From assembly GCA_963822585.1 (NCBI GenBank), contig CAWGIE010000017.1, forward strand, positions 32,001 to 96,000: a stretch of 64,000 nucleotides of DNA. Direction: 5' to 3'. Both the position numbers and the translations under genes were made by a program. This stretch comes from an uncultured bacterium (GTDB taxonomy: Bacteria; Auribacterota; Erginobacteria; Erginobacterales; Erginobacteraceae). Below the pieces are notes generated by a model. It searched no databases. It saw nothing but the letters and a program-made list of their open reading frames with translations, and was not told where the DNA came from. Shown piece after piece: positions 59,280 to 64,000 of this stretch (positions are counted from its first letter, which is position 1; each line of letters begins with the position of its first letter).

Positions 59280-60596
59280 ATGAACATTGTCATCCTGAAC
59301 ATGAGCGACGATCGCAATAAAGGCGATCTGGCGATCCTGGAGAGCACCGTCGGTCTGCTCCGGCAAAGATACCCCGGGTGCTCCCTCTCTCTCTTCAACG
59401 TCGACTACTCGGAAAGAGAGCTTCGTCAGCCGGCCGGAAGGGACCGGCTGCGGCACCTGGACCTGAAAGCCCACCGGGGGGCGTTCTTTCCCCGGATCTT
59501 CACCGGGAAAGGCCGGGCGTTGGACGTACTCCGGGCCGTTTGGAGCCTGCTCCGTTCCCTCTGGGTGGGGGGAGCGGTCTTCTTCCTGGGCCGAAGCGCC
59601 CCGGCCCTGCTGGCCGGATCCTCCCGGGCAAAAATAGCCGAACTGGCCCGGGCAGAGCTGGTCGTGGTCAAGGGAGGCGGATATCTCTACTCTTTCGGCG
59701 GAGCGGCCCAGCTTCTGTATTTGGGCCGGCACCTCTTCCCGGCGCTGCTGGCCGTCCGCCTGAAAAAAAAGGTTGTCGCCCTGGGCCATTCGATCGGGCC
59801 TTTCCGGGGCCGGACGGCCTCCGCCCTGGCCGTCTATTCCCTCCGCCGGCTGGACCGGATCGCGGTCAGGGACCGGTCTTCCCTGGATCTGCTCCGCTCT
59901 CTCCTCGCCCCGGTTGCCTCCGGTGTCTCCCTTCTCCCCGATCTGGCTTTCCGGGGCCGGGCGGCCGAGGAGAAGGAGACGCCCTTCGACCTGGCGGAGT
60001 TCCTCCGCCGGGAGGGTATCACGGAGAACGGGGTGCCCCGCTTCCGGATCGGACTCACGGTCAGAAGGTTTCGCCGCTGGCATTTCCCGGAATGTTCCGA
60101 TCCGGAAAGGCTCTTCGAGAACTATCTCCGGGCGATCGTCGATACCATCGAATGGCTGCGACGGGAACAGAACGCCCGGGTTTACATCATGCCCCACGCC
60201 CTGGAAGACCTCGACGCCGGAGAGGAGGTGCGGCGGAGGGCCGGTAAGGCGGATCCGTTCCTGCTCCGGGGGGACTACCCGACCGCGACCTTGCGCCGTC
60301 TCTACGGGGTGATGGACGGTTTTATCGCCACCCGGATCCACTCCGCCCTCTTCGCCCTCGGCGAGGGGACACCCACCCTGGCAATCGGTTATGAAATGAA
60401 CAAGGCCTATGGTATAGTAGGGAGGGCATGGGAAAAAGACGCCGTCCTCGATGTCCGGGCAATCACCTTCGATGACCTCCGGGCAAAGATGGAACGTATC
60501 CTTAAAGAAGGTAAGGACCTGCGCCGGGTCATCTCCCGCCGCGTCGGGGGACTCCGGCGGGAAATCGACGACTCCCTGGGAAGCATATTGAATTAA
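59280..60596 (+). CDS. Polysaccharide pyruvyltransferase (WcaK/CsaB-like)
   Basis: NKGDLAI, KGGGYL, HSIGPF, VRDRSS, PDLAF, TRIHS. Confidence 0.9.
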   Translation: MNIVILNMSDDRNKGDLAILESTVGLLRQRYPGCSLSLFNVDYSERELRQPAGRDRLRHLDLKAHRGAFFPRIFTGKGRALDVLRAVWSLLRSLWVGGAVFFLGRSAPALLAGSSRAKIAELARAELVVVKGGGYLYSFGGAAQLLYLGRHLFPALLAVRLKKKVVALGHSIGPFRGRTASALAVYSLRRLDRIAVRDRSSLDLLRSLLAPVASGVSLLPDLAFRGRAAEEKETPFDLAEFLRREGITENGVPRFRIGLTVRRFRRWHFPECSDPERLFENYLRAIVDTIEWLRREQNARVYIMPHALEDLDAGEEVRRRAGKADPFLLRGDYPTATLRRLYGVMDGFIATRIHSALFALGEGTPTLAIGYEMNKAYGIVGRAWEKDAVLDVRAITFDDLRAKMERILKEGKDLRRVISRRVGGLRREIDDSLGSILN

Positions 60597-60649
60597 CCCG
60601 GTCCATTCTCGTCGCCGGATAGCGATCGTGACGCTTATTGTGAGCACAG

Positions 60650-60743
60650 GGAATAATGGAGTGATGGAATGATGGAGTAATGGACGGCCGGAGAGCCGGG
60701 TAACAGGCCCCATTACTCCATCACTCCAATATTCCACCATTCC
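60650..60743. repeat. Inverted octamer-repeat element
   Basis: GGAATAATGGAGTGATGGAATGATGGAGTAATGG ... CCATTACTCCATCACTCCAATATTCCA. Confidence 0.85.
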
Positions 60744-60787
60744 CTTTTATCAGTTCTGCGAGGCCAAGCCCTCGGCTGGATTCCAAG

Positions 60788-62281
60788 ATGATCAGATTCT
60801 CGAACAAAGCCTCATCCCTCGCCTCCCATCTGGCCCTCGGCGCTTTTCTGGTCCTCTCGGTCTCCTTCGTCATTTTCCTGGGGAACTTCCTCCCGCCCCC
60901 GCGGCTGCAGGCGGCGGTGGCCGGCGGATTTTTTCTCCTCCTGGCCGGCATTCTATTTCTCCGTTTCCCTCACCGCGTCCTGATGGCCACGGGCGCCTTC
61001 CTTCTTCTCCAGGATCTGCTGGGCAGGAACCTGGAAGCAGTCGCCCCCGGAATGGAAGAAGCGGTCAAGCACGGAGACGAAGCCCTGATCGTCGTCTTCT
61101 TCCTCATCACCTTTTTCCGGGCCGCGGCCCGGAGGACGCCGGTCCGCCGGTCCCGGCTGGAAATTCCCCTGATCGGATTTGTCGTCGTCTCCCTGCTGGG
61201 CAGCGCCATCGCCTCCGCGCCGTTCGGCATCACGCTCCTGCAGCTCTTCCTCTACCTGAAAGGATTTCTCCTGCTCTTCATCATCATGCAGCTTCCGGTC
61301 GATGAAAATACGGCCCGGCGCTACGCCCGATTCTTTACCGGGGCCGGACTCCTGATCCTCCTAACCGGGCTGATCGACCTGATCGATCCGCTCTGGTTCC
61401 GGACCACCTTCCGCACGGTTGCCAGCGGCGAGATCGTCATCGAACAGAGGTACGGCATCACCAGCGTCAAGTCCATCTTCACGCACCCCGGGGTCTTCGG
61501 CTGGTTTACCGCCTTCATCGCCCTTTACGGGTACGCCTTCTACATGACCTATAACCGCGCCCGGTACCTCTGGCTCGGAGTGCTCTTTTCCGTCGGCAGC
61601 TTCCTCTCCATGCGCCGACGGAACCTCTCCGGGATCGCCGGGGCGCTGGCCGGCGCCCTCTGGCTCCAGCCCCTGGCCAAAAAGATCCGGTACGGGATCG
61701 TGATCGGGGCCAGCGCCGTCATCTTCACCATCCTGGCCTGGCCGAAGATAGAAGGGCTTTTCCGCGACCTGGGCGCCGTCTACATCACCCCGGATAATCC
61801 CCGGGAAGAGGCCCGGAACGTTCTCTACATAACGTCGCGCACCCTGCTCAACGATTATTTTCCCTGGGGGGCCGGCCTGGGGAGGTTCGGGAGCTGGATG
61901 AGCCAGGTCCATTACAGCCCGCTCTATAAAAAATACGGACTGAGCGGGACCTACGGCATCACCAGGAAAAACCCGAAGTATATCACCGACACCTTCTGGC
62001 CCGCGATCATCGGGGAGACGGGATTGCTGGGCCTGATTTTTTATCTCTGGATCTGTTTCCGGATTTTCCGGCTTCTCTATCGGCAGGCGAAAAGGGCGGA
62101 CACCCTTTTCGAGAGAGCGTTTACTCTGGGCACCCTGATGATTTTTATCGAGAGCCTGATCGAAAGCGTGGCCGGGGCGGTCTACACCAGCCCCCCGGCC
62201 GTGTATTTCATCTTCGGAAGCGTGGGGCTTGCCTTAGCCTTGCCTCGATATACGAATCAACCAGACAAGACAGTGTATTAA
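60788..62281 (+). CDS. Wzy/O-antigen ligase-like membrane protein
   Basis: Multi-TM; SIFTHP, GAGLGRFGS, DTFWPAIIGETG. Confidence 0.82.
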   Translation: MIRFSNKASSLASHLALGAFLVLSVSFVIFLGNFLPPPRLQAAVAGGFFLLLAGILFLRFPHRVLMATGAFLLLQDLLGRNLEAVAPGMEEAVKHGDEALIVVFFLITFFRAAARRTPVRRSRLEIPLIGFVVVSLLGSAIASAPFGITLLQLFLYLKGFLLLFIIMQLPVDENTARRYARFFTGAGLLILLTGLIDLIDPLWFRTTFRTVASGEIVIEQRYGITSVKSIFTHPGVFGWFTAFIALYGYAFYMTYNRARYLWLGVLFSVGSFLSMRRRNLSGIAGALAGALWLQPLAKKIRYGIVIGASAVIFTILAWPKIEGLFRDLGAVYITPDNPREEARNVLYITSRTLLNDYFPWGAGLGRFGSWMSQVHYSPLYKKYGLSGTYGITRKNPKYITDTFWPAIIGETGLLGLIFYLWICFRIFRLLYRQAKRADTLFERAFTLGTLMIFIESLIESVAGAVYTSPPAVYFIFGSVGLALALPRYTNQPDKTVY

Positions 62282-62505
62282 TTCACCGTTTCGCAATATC
62301 AATAATCTTATTTTTTCTTCGAAAAAATAAGAATGAAATACACTAAGCCTACGGAAGAATTATATCCAGGACCTTCACGTCGGCTGATGTATAAAAGCCT
62401 TTTTTGCGCAATTGCCTTGATAGAATTATGTTTGTTTAAGCAACAGACCCCGATTGAATAAATCGGGGTCCACTATAAATTTGCGAGCGCAGCGAGCTAA
62501 TTTAT

Positions 62506-63717
62506 ATGAAGACAACCGTCACCATCATCCATCCCGTGGACCCGGGCGGGGTGAAGATCGGGGGGATCAGCTCCCTGATCAGGGATTTTATCCGGTTCGC
62601 CCCCGCCGACTTCGACCTCCGGCTGGTGGGCATAACCGCCGGTGAGGACCCTCTTCCCTCCGGGAGGTGGCATCACTGCCCGATCGGAGAGCGCTCCGTC
62701 TTCTTCTTCCCGCTCCACCATGCCCGGGGCCTGGAGAAAAAAAGCCCGATCCCCCTCTCCGTCCTCTTCACCCTCAAAAGCGTCCTTTACCGCCGGAGGA
62801 TATTTCCTAACATCGCCGGATCCATCCTTCATTTCCACCGGCCGGAATGCGCCCTCCCTTTCCTGAAGGCCCGGGAGCCCCGGGTCCTTTTTTCTCACTC
62901 CGATCCGGCCGGGATGGGGAGCGTCCACTCCTCCAGCAGGTGGAGAACCGTTCCCGAGGCCTACTTCCTGCTCGAGAAGACGGTCATGAACAAAATGGAA
63001 CGGATCTACTGCGTCAACCGGGACGGTCTGGCCTTCTACCGCCAGCGGCTTCCGCTTCTCAAAGATAAATTCGAATTCCTGCCCACCGGTTTCAATAACC
63101 GGGTCTTTTACCGCCGGGAGAAGCCGGAGATCCGGGCCCAGAAGGAGTCTTTCTGCCGGCGCTACGGCCTTCCTCCGGCGACCAGGATCGTTCTTTTCGC
63201 CGGGCGTTTCGTCGAGCCGAAAAACCTTCCCCTGCTCCTGGAGACTTTCCGGATCTGCCGCGGCCGGGAACGTGACCTCAAGCTGGTGCTGATCGGTGAA
63301 GGTCCCCTGGAGGAGACCATCCGGTCCCGGGCGAACGATCTCGGCCTGAAGGGGGACGCGCTCTTCCTGGGACGCCAGCCCCCGGAGAAGATCGCCCGGG
63401 TGGCCAATTTCGCTTCGGTCTTCCTCCTGACGTCGGCCTTCGAGGGGATGCCGGTCTCGCTTCTGGAAGCCATGCACTGCGGGCTCCCGGCCGTCGTCTC
63501 GGGAGCGGGGGAGACCAAAAACGTGGTCGGGGACGGCTCCTCCGGCAGGGTGGTTTCGGGCGGAGGCCCCCGGGAACTGGCCCAAGCCGTCCTGGAGGTC
63601 ATCTCCCGGCCGGGACAATACCGGCCGGAAAACGCCGTCGCGGCGGCGGAGCCTTATATGGTTGAAAAAATTTTCCGGAAAGTCTATGCTGATCAGCGGA
63701 CGATCGAATATGGATAA
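62506..63717 (+). CDS. Glycosyltransferase family 4
   Basis: FAGRFVEPKN, EGMPVSLLEA (EX7E). Confidence 0.93.
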   Translation: MKTTVTIIHPVDPGGVKIGGISSLIRDFIRFAPADFDLRLVGITAGEDPLPSGRWHHCPIGERSVFFFPLHHARGLEKKSPIPLSVLFTLKSVLYRRRIFPNIAGSILHFHRPECALPFLKAREPRVLFSHSDPAGMGSVHSSSRWRTVPEAYFLLEKTVMNKMERIYCVNRDGLAFYRQRLPLLKDKFEFLPTGFNNRVFYRREKPEIRAQKESFCRRYGLPPATRIVLFAGRFVEPKNLPLLLETFRICRGRERDLKLVLIGEGPLEETIRSRANDLGLKGDALFLGRQPPEKIARVANFASVFLLTSAFEGMPVSLLEAMHCGLPAVVSGAGETKNVVGDGSSGRVVSGGGPRELAQAVLEVISRPGQYRPENAVAAAEPYMVEKIFRKVYADQRTIEYG

Positions 63718-64000
63718 AATAGCCTTAATCTGTTCTTCGGGCGGCCACCTTTTTCAGCTCTTCCGCCTCCGGGACTCCTTCGAAAAATATCCCCGGTTCT
63801 GGGTCACCTTCCTGACCGAGGACGCCCAGGTTCTGCTCAAGAACGAAAAGGTGTACTGCGCCTACTCACCCACCAACCGGAACGTTATCAATTTCATCAG
63901 GAATTTTTTCCTGGCCCTCAAGATCGTCAGGAAGGAACGCCCGACGGTAATGATCTCCACCGGGGCCGGGGTGGCGGTTCCCTTTTTCTACCTGGGACGG
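63710..64000 (+). CDS. PssD/Cps14F (Alg14-like) glycosyltransferase subunit, partial
   Basis: Manual translation MDKIALICSSGGHL...WVTF...PTNRN...ISTGAGVAVP; runs off the window. Confidence 0.9.
   Translation, partial: MDKIALICSSGGHLFQLFRLRDSFEKYPRFWVTFLTEDAQVLLKNEKVYCAYSPTNRNVINFIRNFFLALKIVRKERPTVMISTGAGVAVPFFYLGR

Overview
Bacterial chromosomal window with GC-rich coding regions and AT-rich spacers. A TolC/RND system and Wzz/Wzy genes point to a diderm; a PVC-related candidate lineage is my inference only. No rRNA, tRNA or CRISPR array was recognised. Left to right: an MSHA-like minor-pilin operon divergent from an NHL/FG-GAP surface protein; a Y1 (HUH) transposase bounded by 12-bp terminal inverted repeats; a secreted ComEC-type metallo-beta-lactamase (MBL); B12 radical SAM and flippase-like genes split by a decayed GxxExxY element; and a 13.5-kb co-directional minus-strand cluster. 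That cluster reads pdp, an unannotated 47-aa membrane peptide, a 1280-aa comEC, two comEA, a stand-alone MBL nuclease, a membrane-anchored DHH phosphoesterase, deoB, punA, a RecJ-remnant/DnaQ exonuclease and DUF3006. It is the best candidate for an undescribed system: DNA uptake coupled to nucleoside salvage, with a catalytically dead nuclease domain on ComEC and an intact one on a separate protein. Further right are two-component genes, a PTS-IIA/antiporter pair, mazEF plus an HNH pseudogene each followed by a ~95-bp repeat and terminator, an RND efflux operon, and a ~21-kb surface-glycan locus. Many intergenic gaps hold short-period (7-9 bp) inverted-repeat elements of several distinct families. 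All family assignments come from motif recognition by eye; no searches were run.
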